Shown here: piece by piece, positions 26,449 through 37,584 of the stretch
Numbering within the stretch: position 1 is the stretch's first letter
How the letters are laid out: each line of letters begins with the position of its first letter
NCBI RefSeq assembly: GCF_018977255.1
Contig: NW_024704743.1
Location: 13,208,001-13,272,000, forward strand
Direction: 5' to 3'
Length of the DNA stretch: 64,000 bases
Source: Callorhinchus milii
Taxonomy: Eukaryota
Program-made: the position numbers and the translations under genes
The notes under the pieces: generated by a model
What the model was told of the DNA's origin: nothing
Database searches by the model: none
What the model saw: the letters and a program-made list of their open reading frames with translations, nothing else

Positions 26449-26769
26449 TGTGGAGTCCTGTAGCTCAGTGGTTAGAGCACTCGCTTTGCAAGCGAGAGAC
26501 CTGAGTTCAATTCTAGGCAGAGGGCGAAACCTTGGGCAAGTTTCCTTACTCCACACGCCTAATAATAATCCCTCCAAAACCAAAAATAATAATAAATTGG
26601 TCATTTTCAATCTACGACTGTTTGTGGGACATTGCTGTGCGCAATTGACTGCCGCGTTCGCCCACAAATATACAGTCAATTCACTTTACAGTGTGTTCTG
26701 TGAAGCGCTTTGGGACGTCCTCCCGACGTGAAAAGCGCTATATCAAATGCAAGGATTATTATTATTATT
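26449..26769 (+). mobile_element. tRNA(Ala,TGC)-derived SINE with L2-type tail, young short subfamily, full length
   Basis: A box TAGCTCAGTGG, anticodon arm CTCGC-TTTGCAA-GCGAG, B box GAGTTCAATTC. 3' stem-loop gcgctttgggacgtcctcccgacgtgaaaagcgc, then (tta)n. Confidence 0.93.
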
Positions 26770-28932
26770 AAATAATTACTGTTGCAAATCAATAACATGG
26801 GGGAAAGGTATGAGCTCAGGACTGTTATTGAAAGAGTTCACAAGATCACAAGATTAGTTTGGATTAAAAAGATCCTTCATCTCATATGGTCTCATCCTTC
26901 CAGAATATGGACTCTCTTTAATGGGGAGGTTAGAAGAAACCCTTTAACATTTAGGATTATCAGAACTTGGAGTCTTTTGCAAGTACCTTTTGATGCTGAG
27001 GACACAATAGAATTTAAAAGAAAATTGATTGAACATTTGAAGAGGAAACATATGAAAGAGTACAAGGAAAGATTAAGTAATTGTTATTACAGTAGCTAGT
27101 TAGCCTTACCAAACGTGCTTTATTGTTTACTGGATAATAAAACTCCCTTCTGTACATTGCAATACTTTTTAGCTGGCCAATAACCTCAGAGAAAAAGGTA
27201 ATAAAAGAAGGCTTCATAGGCCATTTGTTGTTTTTATGTTCACAATGTGATAGGTCAGTACATATTCAGACACACAAAATTAATTCAAAGAAGTTTCACA
27301 GGCATTTTCCAGGTCAGAAAGAATTAAAAGGTCCTGCAAGTTTTGCATTACTGCTTGTTTGGAATTTCAAGCTGAAACTAGCACTCATAAGTTAGTAAAT
27401 AGTGCCATCTGATGATCAGAAACTTAATTACACCAACAGATAGAGGAAAGAAAGGATATAATTCACAGCTACAGCTGAATAGGCCTGATATCATCATGAA
27501 GCACAATATGGTTTAACACCTCTAAAAGGATGTGATAGTGTTAGCAACTTATCATCTGATAAATAGTAAGGTTCCTTTTTTTTCTACTGGTCATGGGTCA
27601 GTGATAAGGGGGCACAAATTTAAGGTAATGAGAAAAAGAACTAAACGGAGATCAATTGAACAATACATTCAGAGTTCAGCATTATTTTAACATTATATTT
27701 TACAGGTTCATTCCTTTCCGGCATGGAGATAGACAATTTCTCTGCAATTCCTTACAATGGGATCATAGTGACTGAAAGTTTGGTTGCTGATGGTATGGTG
27801 GAGGGGGCGAGGGATGTGCAACAAGCCCAAATTTGCAGAATGAAGGGATAAAGCGAGAAGTGGACCTGGAAGACATTGAATAAATAGGGTCAGGGGGCAA
27901 GAGAGTGGAGAGAACCAAAAATGAGGATGAGGAACTCAAAGTCGATTCAGGACAGGGAAATTAATGAAATCTGAAAGATGGAAATCTATGGATACTTTTA
28001 GCACCTTAGAAATGTTTTTAATAAAAGAGAAAACAAAGACAACAATTCAGTTCAAGTACTGATTCATTTACGATTGCATAGTAACACTATTAAACAATGC
28101 TGAAGGTTCTTTTTCTCTTTCCTGCTCTGTTTATTTCCTTTTCATAGAAATATACATTGTGGAAAAAAACATTGTGGTCCATGCACGTAGCTATGACCAA
28201 AGGCATGACCACAACGCATGTAGCCAGTACCAAAGGAAAAATAAATATCCTACATGGCTCTGTTCTCATACTCTTCAATCAATTTCTTTGCCAAATAACT
28301 GTAATTCCCCAGTTCCTTGGATAGCCTATTCTATTTGCGAGTCATAGCTGTGTGCAAATTGGCTGCTGTGTTTTCTTACAAAATACACAATTACCACACT
28401 TACAGTATATCTGGTGAAGCATTTTGGGTTGTCTTTCTGATTAATATAGTGAATAATTTAATTATTAGGGTCCAGTTGATCCATACCCTTTAACATCTTG
28501 AATACTTCATCAATACAACTCCTCTTTGTGCCTGAAACCAAACCTCTATCTATGAAGAATATGTACTGGGTTATCCATGAATCCTTTGCTGTCAGATTTT
28601 CTTGACTGCCTTGGGCAATGTAATAATTAATTTATAAGTAATCTTTATTTAGAATCAGTTTAGTAATAATGCCACTTCATTTCGCACTTAATAAAGGCTT
28701 ATGAAAAAGCATCTTTAGCAAATTTCCACACTTACTCACAACTGAATTTTTGCTGGCTCACGAAAGTAAGACTATAACATTTATTTACTGTGTTGGGTTA
28801 GAGGAATAGATATGAAGAAACTGAAAATTTGACTCAGAGAGAAATTATGGAACTCAGAGTGAGAGAGATTGACAGAGAGTGAAGGGCTGGCAAGGTATTC
28901 ATATCAAGTCCTGTTCCACCCTCTGATATTCT

Positions 28933-29228
28933 CCTGTGTGTGATTACAGTCCCTTTGCAGGTGTGATTACAGACCCCACGTGAGTGTGATCACAGTCCCT
29001 GTGTGTGATTACAGTTTGTGGGTGATTATGGTTCCTGTGTGTGATTACAATCCCTGTGTGATTACAGACCCCATGTGAGTTCAAGTGCTCCGAGACCTGC
29101 CCCGTGTGAAGAGTGCTATATAAATGCAAATAGTTGTTGTTGCTATTTTAGTCCCTGTATATGATTTAGTCCCTGTGTGTGATTACAGTCCCTGTATGTT
29201 ACAGTCACTGTGTGTAATTACAGATCCT
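28933..29228. repeat. ~19 bp degenerate minisatellite (gtgtgtgattacagtccct), interrupted by an L2-like tail
   Basis: Repeated gtgattacag units. tataaatgcaaatagttgttgttg tail at ~29118-29142. Confidence 0.8.
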
Positions 29229-29351
29229 GTTGCTGTATGTTCTGTTTTATACGTTCTGATCAACAACCCCCACATAAATTTGGTCACTCACTCCCTGGAT
29301 GTTTGTGGGACATTGCTGTGTGCAAACTGTTTGCCGCGTTTCGCCCACAAA

Positions 29352-29725
29352 GTAATAATAATCGTGGCATTTGATATAGTGCTGTATCGCGTCTTCGAGA
29401 TGTCTCAAAGCGCTTCACAGAATATACTGTGAAGTGAATTGACTGTATATTTTGTGGGCAAAACACAAATTGCACAGAGCAGTGTCCCACAAACAATCAT
29501 GGATGGAGTGACCAAATCATTATTATTTTATGTATTTTTTGAAGGGATTATTACCTCTGGAAAAGTGATCCGCCAATTGACTAACAACGGGGTTCTTACT
29601 TTCTGCTAGGTAAAGAGGCATGTGGAGTAAGGAAACTTGCCTAAGCTTTCGCCCTGCCCAGGAATCGAACCCAGGTCCTCTTGCTTGCGAGGTGAATGGT
29701 CTAACCAATACGCCACAGGCCTCCA
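29352..29725 (-). mobile_element. Same SINE, long subfamily, nested inside a + strand SINE 3' part (29263-29830)
   Basis: Host sequence ...cgcccacaaa stops at ~29351 and resumes atacacagtcact... at ~29727. Confidence 0.85.
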
Positions 29726-30294
29726 CCATACACAGTCACTACATTTTACAATATATTCTGTGAAGCGTTTTGAGATGTTTCAACAACATGATAAGAAGCT
29801 ATATCAAATGCAAGGATTATTATTATTATTACGTTTACAGCCAAATTCCACCAAACACCATCCCAAGAGTAGCCCAATATTACACGTTGATTCCTATGGG
29901 TCTAAGAAAAGGTCTTCAAAAAGGAGGGGGTGGCCCCATTTTTACAGGTTTAAGTTAAATACTTTATAAAAATTAGGCAACCATCCAAAGACCTCTTTTC
30001 ATGTGCGGTGCAACAAAAGTACAATTTTTAATTTTCTAGTTAAAAATATCCTTTCATTTATATAGCACCTTATCATGTCTTCTCAAAGTGCGTCATAGAA
30101 TATACTGTAAAGTGAATGGACTGTGTATATTATGGGCGAAATGCGCCAGCCAATTGCACACAAATAGTCCCACAAATAGTCGTGGATTGTGTAACCAAAT
30201 TATTATTACTATTATTGTTTTAAACGTGCATTACAACAAAAACACAATTTTTTAGTTAGTAATTTTAAAAATAATAATAATTATTGCATTTGAT

Positions 30295-31215
30295 ACAATA
30301 CAAAAGTACATTTGTAAAGCACCTTTCACATTGGAAGGACGTCCCAAGGCGCTGAACAGTCAGGGATTAGGACCTGAGCAGGGGTGGGTTTAGGATCAGG
30401 GAGGGTGGATGGCAGAGATGGTAGGAGGGTGGCCGAAGGGATTGTCAAAGAGGAGGGTCTTGAGAAGTGCCTTGAAGGAAGCAAGGGAGGGAGCGAGGCA
30501 AAGAGCATGTGGGATGAAGTTCCAGAGGGGGGCAGAGAGGCTGGAGGCCCAACTGTCGATGGTGGGGTGGACCGGGTGGGTGGCATGAAGCAGGCCGGCG
30601 TCTGCTGAGCGGAGAGATAGGAGGGGTCAAGGCCATGGAGGGCCTTGAAGGTGAGGATGAGGATTTTGAATTCTATCCTCTGAGGGATGGGGAGCCAGTG
30701 GAGCCGGGCGAGGGTGGGTGTGATGGGGCCACGGATCCTGGTGCGGGAGAGGACATGAGCTGCAGAGTTCTGGATAATCTGCAGCTTGTGCAGGGAAGAG
30801 TTGGGAAGGCTGACAAGCAGGGAGTTGTCATAGTCTAGCCTGGTTGTAGTGAAGGCAAGTATGAGGATTTCAGCGGCCTGAGTGGTGAGGCAGTGGCGGA
30901 GTCAGGCAATGTTGTGGAGGTAGGGGAAGGCAGAGCAGGTCATGGCATGAATATGGGAAGAAAGGACAGTTGAAGGTCGAACAAGATGCCCAGGTTCCTA
31001 ACTGGCTTGTTGAGGTGGAGTGCACATCCGCGTATGGTGATGCTGCCCGTGCCTGAGGTGCGGAGGCGCTGGCGCGAGCCAATCAGGAGAGCTTCGGTCT
31101 TGCTGACGTCCAACTGTAGAAAGTTGGCTCTCATCCAGGATTTGATGTCTGACAGACAGTGTTTCAGGACGGCAGTGGTCCTGGGGTCAAGGGTTGGAGG
31201 CAGAGAGATAGAGCG
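30295..31215 (-). mobile_element. L2 LINE 3' fragment with tail
   Basis: CLSDIKSWMRANFLQLDVSKTEALLIG...VRNLGILFD. 3' stem-loop gccttgggacgtccttccaatgtgaaaggtgc. Confidence 0.9.
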
Positions 31216-31585
31216 TCTTATCATGCTGACGAGACATCTTAGAACAGAATATACTGTAAAATGCAGCGACTGTGTATTTTGCGGGTGAAACGCATATTGC
31301 AACGATATGTTTTTCTAAAAACATGTAATTGTTTTTAAATGCACATAATAATCATAATCCTCGCATTTGATATAGCGCTTTTCACGTCTTCTAGACGTCT
31401 CAAAGCGTTTCACAGAATACTGTAAAGTGAATTGGCCGTATATTTGTGGACGAAAAATGCACGACCCATACATCACGACCCATACAGGCTGTGCCCTACA
31501 CACATCACATCATTTTGCCCACAAAATATAGTCATTCACTTTACAGTAAACAAAAGCAGAAGTCGCCAGGTGCCCTCAGCAGATC

Positions 31586-33073
31586 AGAACATAAGAACAT
31601 AGGAATTAGGAGCAGGAGTAGGCCATTCGGCCCCTCGAGCCTGCCCTGCCATTTGATAAGACCATGGTTGATCTTCTGACTTCACTCTAATTACCTGCCC
31701 TATCCCCATATCCCCTAATCCCTCTATGTTTAAAAAATCTATCAGTCTCAGCGTTGAAAATGTTCAAGGACTGAGCATCTACAGCCTTCTGGGGTAGTGA
31801 ATTCCATAAATTCACTATCCTCTGTGTGAAGAAATGTTTCCTCAACTCTGTTCTAAAAGGCTGACCCATAATTTTAAGACTGTGACCCCTGGTTATAGAT
31901 TCTCCTACCAGGGGAAACAGACCCTCAGTGTCTACTTTATCAGCCCTTTAAGAATCTTATATGTTTCAATAAGATCTCCCCTAATTCTTCTGTACTCTAG
32001 AGAATATAGCCCTAGTTTATTCAGCCTATCCTCATAGGTCAGTCCCCTCATCCCAGGAACTAACCGAGTGAATCTACGCTGCACTAAGGCAAGTATGTCC
32101 TTTTTTAAATAAGGAGACCAAAACTGCACACAATACTCTAGGTGCGGTCTCACCAAAACCCTATACAGTTGCAGCAAGACTTCCCTACTCTTGTACTCTA
32201 AACCTTTTGCAATGAACGCTAACATGCCATTCGCCTTCTTAGTTGCTTGCTGCACCTGCAAACTAACTTTTTGAGACTGGTGTACAAGGACACCCAAATC
32301 CCTCTGAACACTAACACTATCTAATCTCTCCCCCTCTAGAAAATAAGCTGTATTTCTATTTTTTCTACCTAGGTGAATAACTTCACACTTCCCCACATTA
32401 AATTCCATCTGCCACCTACTCGCCCACTCCCCTAGCCTATCTATATCCTGCTTTTGCATCATTCTCTCCCACCTAGTTTAGTGTCATCCGCAAATTTAGA
32501 TACGTTACATTCAATGTCCTCGTCTAGATCATTGATGTAAATGGTAAATAGCTGAGGCCCAAACACTGATCCTTGTGGCACTGCACTAGTCACATCCTGC
32601 CAATTCGAGAATGAACCCTTTATCCCTACTCTCTGTTTTCTACCCTTTAGCCATCTTCAATCCATGCTAATATGTTCCCATTAATCCCGTGGGCCTTAAC
32701 CTTGTGCAATAGCCTTTTGTGTGGCACTTTGTCAAATGACTTTTTAAAATCTATATATACTACATCTACTGGTTCCCCCCTATCTAACCTGCTAGATACA
32801 TCTTCAAAAAACTCTAAAAGATTAGTTAAGCATGACTTCCCTTTTGTAAAGCCATGTTGTCTCTGCCTAATCTTGTTATGGTCTTCCAGGAATCCCATAA
32901 CGACATCTTTAATTAAGGACTCAAGAATTTTCCCTACCACTGATATCAGACTAACTGGTCTATGGTTATATATATATATTTATCTTTTCTCTCCCACCCT
33001 TCTTAAATAGTGGTGTTATGTTTGCAATCTTCCAATCAATGGGAACCGTTCCAGAATCCAGAGAATTTTGGAA
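31586..33073 (-). mobile_element. CR1 LINE ORF2 (RT) 3' part
   Basis: Minus-strand ORFs QHGFTKGKSCLTNLLEFF...DFKKSFDKVPH, WQMEFNVGKC...RPHLEYCVQFWSP...RGDLIETYKILKG and RKHFFTQRIVNLWNSLP. Tail (ttcttatg) at ~31586. Confidence 0.95.
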
Positions 33074-33161
33074 GCTATGGAGAAAGGAAAGTCAGTCAGC
33101 ATTTCGGGTCCACGTCCCTTCGTCAGAACTGGGGTATGTTGGGAGGGAAAGACTTTACCGT

Positions 33162-36100
33162 CTGGGCCAGGCCGGGCAGTGTGTGAGGCTGGGCCGGGCC
33201 GGGTGTGAGGCTGGGCCAGGCCGGGCCGGGTGTGAGGCTGGGCCGGGCCGGGCCGGGAGTGAGGCTGGGCCAGGCTGGGCTGTGTGTGAGGCTGGGCCGG
33301 GCCGTGTTTGGGGCTGGGCCAGGCCGGGCCATGTGTGGGGCTGAGCTGGGCCGGGCTGTGTGCGGGGCCGGGCCGTATGTGGGGCCGGGCTGGGCTGTGT
33401 GTGGGGCCGGGCTGGGCTGTGTGTGGGGCCGGGCTGTGTGTGGGGCCGGGCTGTGTGTGGGGCTGGGCTGTGTGCGAGGCTTGGCTGTACTGTATGTGAG
33501 GCTGGGCTGAGTGTGAGGCCGGGCTGTGTGTGAGGCTGCGCCGGACTGTGTGTGAGGCTGGGCTGTGCGGGAGGCCGGGCTGTGTGGGAGGCTGGGCCGG
33601 GCTGTGTGTAAGGCCGGGCTGTGTCGGAGGCCGAGCTGTGTGGGAGGCTGGGCCAGGCTGTGTGTGAGGCCGGGCTGTGTGTGAGGCCAAGCTGTGTACG
33701 AGGCCGGGCTGGGCTGTGTGTGGGGCCGGGCTATGTGCTCGGCCGGGCTGGGCTGTGTGCGGGGCCGGGCTGTGTGTGCGGGGCCGGGCTGTGTGTACAG
33801 GGCCGGGCTGGGCTACGTGCTGGGCCGGGCTGTATGTGCAGGGCCGGGCTGTGTGCGGGGCCGGGCTGGGCTGTGTGTGCGGGGCCGGGCGGGGCTGTGT
33901 GTCGGGCCGGGCTGTGTGTGCGGGGCCGGGCTGTGTGTACAGGGCCGGGCTGGGCTACGTGCTGGGCCGGGCTGTTTGTGCGGGGCCGGGCTGTGTGTGG
34001 GGCCGGGCCGGGCTGTGTGCGGGGCCGGGCTGTGTGTGCGGGGCCGGGCTGTGTGTGCGGGGCCGGGCTGTGTGTACAGGGCCGGGCTGGGCTACGTGCT
34101 GGGCCGGGCTGTTTGTGCGGGGCCGGGCTGTGTGTGGGGCCGGGCTGGGCTGTGTGCCGGGCCGGGCTGTGTGTGCGGGGCCGGGCTGTGTGTGTGGGGC
34201 CGGGCTGGGCTGTGTGTCGGGCCGGGCTGTGTGTGCGGGGCCGGGCTGTGTGTGTGGGGCCGGGCTGGGCTGTGTGTGGGGCCGGGCTGTGTGTGGGGCC
34301 GGGCTGTGTGTGGGGCTGGGCTGTGTGCGAGGCTTGGCTGTACTGTGTGTGAGGCTGGGCTGTGTGTGAGGCTGGGCTGTGTGCGAGGCCGGGCTGGGCT
34401 GTGTGCGAGGCCGGGCTGGGCTGTGTGTGAGGCTGGGCTGTGTGTGAGGCTGGGCTGTGTGCGAGGCCGGGCTGGGCTGTGTGTGAGGCTGGGCCGGGCT
34501 GTGTGTGAGGCTGGGCTGTGTGCGAGGCCGGGGTGGGCTGTGTGTGAGGCTGGGCCGGGCTGTGTGTGAGGCTGGGCTGTGTGCGAGGCCGGGCTGGGCT
34601 GTGTGTGAGGCTGGGCCGGGTTGTGTGTGTGGGGCCGGGCTGTGTGTACAGGGCCGGGCTGGGCTACGTGCTGGGCCGGGCTGTATGTGTGGGGCCGGGC
34701 TGTGTGTGCGGGGCCGGGCTGTGTGTGTGGGGCCGGGCTGGGCTGTGTGTGCGGGGCCGGGCTGTGTGTGCGGGGCCGGGCTGTGTGTGCGGGGCCGGGC
34801 TGTGTGTGCGGGGCCCGGCTGTGTGTGCGGGGCCGGGCTGTGTGTGCGGGGCCAGGCTGGCTGGGTGCGGGGTTGGACTGAGTTGTGTGCGGGGCCGGGC
34901 TGAGCTGTGTGTGCGGGGCCGGGCTGGGCTGTGTGCGGGGCTGGTCTGGGCTGTGTGTGAGGCTGGGGTGTGTGCAAGGCCGGGCTGGGCTGTGTGTGAG
35001 GCTGGGCTGTGTGGGAGGCCGGGCTGGGCTGTGTGTGAGGCTGGGCCGGGCTGTGTGTGAGGCTGGGCTGTGTGCGAGGCCGGGCTGGGCTGTGTGTGAG
35101 GCCTGGGCCGGGCTGTGTGTGAGGCTGGGCTGTGTGCGAGGCCGGGCTGGGCTGTGTGTGAGGCTGGGCCGGGTTGTGTGTGAGGCTGGGCCGGGCTGTG
35201 TGCGAGGCTTGGCTGTACTGTGTGTGAGGCCGGGCTGTGTGTGAGGCTGCGCCGGACTGTGTGTGAGGCTGGGCTGTGTGGGAGGCCGGGCTGTGTGTGA
35301 GGCTGGGCTGTGTGGGAGGCCGGGCTGTGTGGGAGGCCGGGCTGTGTGTGAGGCTGGGCTGTGTGGGAGGCCGGGCTGTGTAGGAGGCTGGGCCGGGCTG
35401 TGTGTAAGGCCGGGCTGTGTGTCGGGCCGGGCTGTGTGTGTGGGGCCGGGCTGTGTGTACAGGGCCGGGCTGGGCTACGTGCTGGGCCGGGCTGTATGTG
35501 TGGGGCTGGGCTGGACTGTGTGTGCGGGGCCGGGCTGTGTGTGTGGGGCCGGGCTGGGCTGTGTGTGCGGGGCCCGGCTGTGTGCGCGGGGCCGGGCTGT
35601 GTGTGTGGGGCCGGGCTGGGCTGTGTGTGCGGGGCCAGGCTGGCTGGGTGCGGGGTTGGACTGAGTTGTGTGCGGGGCCGGGCTGAGCTGTGTGTGCGGG
35701 GCCGGGCTGGGCTGTGTGCGGGGCTGGTCTGGGCTGTGTGTGAGGCTGGGGTGTGTGCGAGGCCGGGCCGGGCTGTGTGTGAGGCTGGGCTGTGTGCGAG
35801 GCCGGGCCGGGCTGTGTGTGAGGCTGGGCTGTGTGTGAGGCTGGGCCGAGCTGTGTGTGAGGCTGGGCTGTGAGGCTGGGGTGTGTGCGAGGCCGGGCCG
35901 GGCTTTGTGTGGCGCCGGGCTGTGTGCGAGGCCGGGCTGGGCTGTGTGTGAGGCTGGGGTGTGTGCGATGCCGGGCCGGGCTGTGTGTGAGGCTGGGCTG
36001 TGTGCGAGGCCGGGCTGGGCTGTGTGTGAGGCTGGGCCGGGCTGTGTGTGAGGCCGGGCCGGGCTGTGTGCGAGGCCGGGCTGGGCTGTGTGTGAGGCTG

Positions 36101-36582
36101 GGCTGTGTGCGAGGCCGGGCTGGGCTGTGTGTGAGGCTGGGCCGGGCTGTGTGTGAGGCCGGGCCGGGCTGTGTGCGAGGCCGGGCTGGGCTGTGTGTGA
36201 GGCTGGGCTGTGTGCGAGGCCGGGCCGGGCTGTGTGTGAGGCTGGGCTGTGTATGGGGCGGGGCTGTGTATGGGGCGGGGCTGTGTGCGGGGCTGGGCTG
36301 TGTACGAGGCCGAGCTGGGCTGTGTATGGGGCGGGGCTGTGTATGGGGCGGAGCTGTGTATGGGGCGGGGCCGGGCTGTGTGGGCGGGGCCGGGCTGTGT
36401 GGGCGGGGCTGGGCTGTGTGGGCGGGCCCGGGCTGTGTGCGGGGCCGGGCTGGGCTGTGTATGGGGCCGGACCATGTGCTCGGCCGGGCTGGGCTGTGTG
36501 GGCGGGGCCGGGCTGTGTGGGCGGGGCCGGGCTATGTGGGCGGGGCCGGCTGTGTGGGCGGGGCCGTATGGGCGGGGCCGTG
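33162..36582. repeat. GC-rich complex satellite built from GGGCC/GGGCT/GAGGCT + (GT)n units
   Basis: Continuous degenerate tandem array, e.g. ggggccgggctgtgtgtg and gaggctgggctgtgtgtg. The + strand is G/T-rich and A-poor. Confidence 0.97.
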
Positions 36583-36589
36583 CGGAGAC

Positions 36590-36831
36590 TCGCTGCTGTG
36601 CTGAGGCTCTGATCATTATTACGGTTCATATTGTGAGCTCAGCACAGGACAAACGTCACGCGTCAGTGTTGGCCCCGCCCTCACAGCCTGGGGCGGGGGC
36701 GGGGCCGGGGCTCGGGCCTGGTGCCGGCCTCAGCCTCAGCCTCGCGCTCTCTCTGTCCGCCTCCAGCCGCCCCGCTCCTCGCAGCCCGATGCCGGCCGCC
36801 TGCACCAGTAGTAGCAGCGTCCCCCTCAGCC
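36590..36831 (+). promoter_or_regulatory. TMEM170B CpG-rich promoter / 5'UTR with GC boxes and CRE-like element
   Basis: CpG-dense, immediately upstream of the ATG. ACGTCACGCGTCA (CRE/ATF half-sites) at ~36653-36665, GGCCCCGCCC at 36671-36680, GGGGCGGGGGCGGGGC at ~36689-36705. No TATA box seen. TSS not determinable. Confidence 0.75.
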
Positions 36832-36916
36832 ATGGCCGCCAGCGACTACTCCATCAACCTGAGGGTCCAGCAGGTGCTGAGCCTGTGGGCACACGGCACC
36901 CTGCAGCACTTCACCG
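36832..36916 (+). CDS. TMEM170B: Transmembrane protein 170B, coding exon 1 (MAASDYSINLRVQQVLSLWAHGTLQHFT + first base of Glu codon)
   Basis: ATG in strong Kozak context (gccATGG). Peptide resembles the TMEM170B N-terminus (INLxVQQVLSLWAHGT). Donor G|gtaagt at 36917, phase 1. Confidence 0.93.
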
Positions 36917-36934
36917 GTAAGTGAGGCTCCCAAC

Positions 36935-37075
36935 CCCGGGGGAGGGGCGCCGGGGAGACAGGGAGACCCGGGTGGGGGGCCGGGGAGACAGGGAGACCCG
37001 GGTGGGGGGCGGGGAGACAGGGAGACCCGGGTGGGGGCGCCGGGGAGACAGGGAGACCCGGGTGGGGGAGACTCG
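36935..37075. repeat. G-rich ~31-33 bp minisatellite at start of TMEM170B intron 1, followed by degenerate GA-rich tract to ~37490
   Basis: About 4 copies of cggggagacagggagacccgggtggggggc. Confidence 0.9.
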
Positions 37076-37584
37076 GGCAGACAACGACGACAGAGACTAC
37101 CGGGAGGGGAGGAGAGAGAGAGCCGGGGGTGGTTGGGCTGAGAGAGAGATCTGGGGGGAGAGACCCGGGGGGTGAGGAGAGACACCGGGGATGGGGGGAA
37201 GACACTTGTGAGAGACACGGGGTGAGGGGGGAGAGACCTGGTTGGGGGGAGGGGAAGACCCAGGGGGCGGTGAGAGACCCTGGTGAGGGAGAGAAACCTG
37301 GGGGGAGGAGGTGGGGGGGTGGTAGAGACTGGGATGGGGGGGTAGAGAGAGATGGCAGTGGGGGGTGTGGGGAGACTTGGGTGGGGGGAGGGTGGAGAGA
37401 GAGACCTGGGGGAGGGTGGGAAGAGAGAGGGGAGAGTGGGAGACTGACAGAGAGAGAAAGAGCCGGGGGATGGGAGAAGAGCGAGAGAGTGCTGATCTGT
37501 CATTTATAGTCACTTGAAGGCCTGTGGACCTGCTTGGTTTACACCGACAACAATTTATATTAAAATAGCACCCTTCACTTAGGA

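Noticed and set aside
26451..26530. tRNA-Ala(TGC)-like cloverleafs (also at 5581, 15197, 59610, 62800 and others)
   Set aside because: These are SINE heads: each continues into the same body and L2-type tail, with imperfect acceptor/T stems and no Pol III terminator directly after.
1..33000. Host coding exons upstream (e.g. of a neighbouring gene such as NEDD9)
   Set aside because: No ORF with recognisable non-transposon protein similarity; short or non-coding exons cannot be excluded by eye.
33162..36582. Resemblance to immunoglobulin switch-region pentamers (GGGCT/GAGCT)
   Set aside because: No Ig exons in the window, AGCT motifs are rare, and the array abuts an unrelated promoter; convergent G-rich repeat.
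33016..36629. Long ORFs (up to 650 aa; Gly/Cys/Ala- or Pro/His/Thr-rich) on both strands
   Set aside because: They are translations of the A-poor satellite, which rarely forms stops; open in many frames at once, with no domain or splice structure.
36721..36831. N-terminal extension of TMEM170B from the GTG start in the ORF track
   Set aside because: Non-ATG start from a prokaryote-style ORF caller; ATG 36832 has a strong Kozak context and gives the expected protein length.
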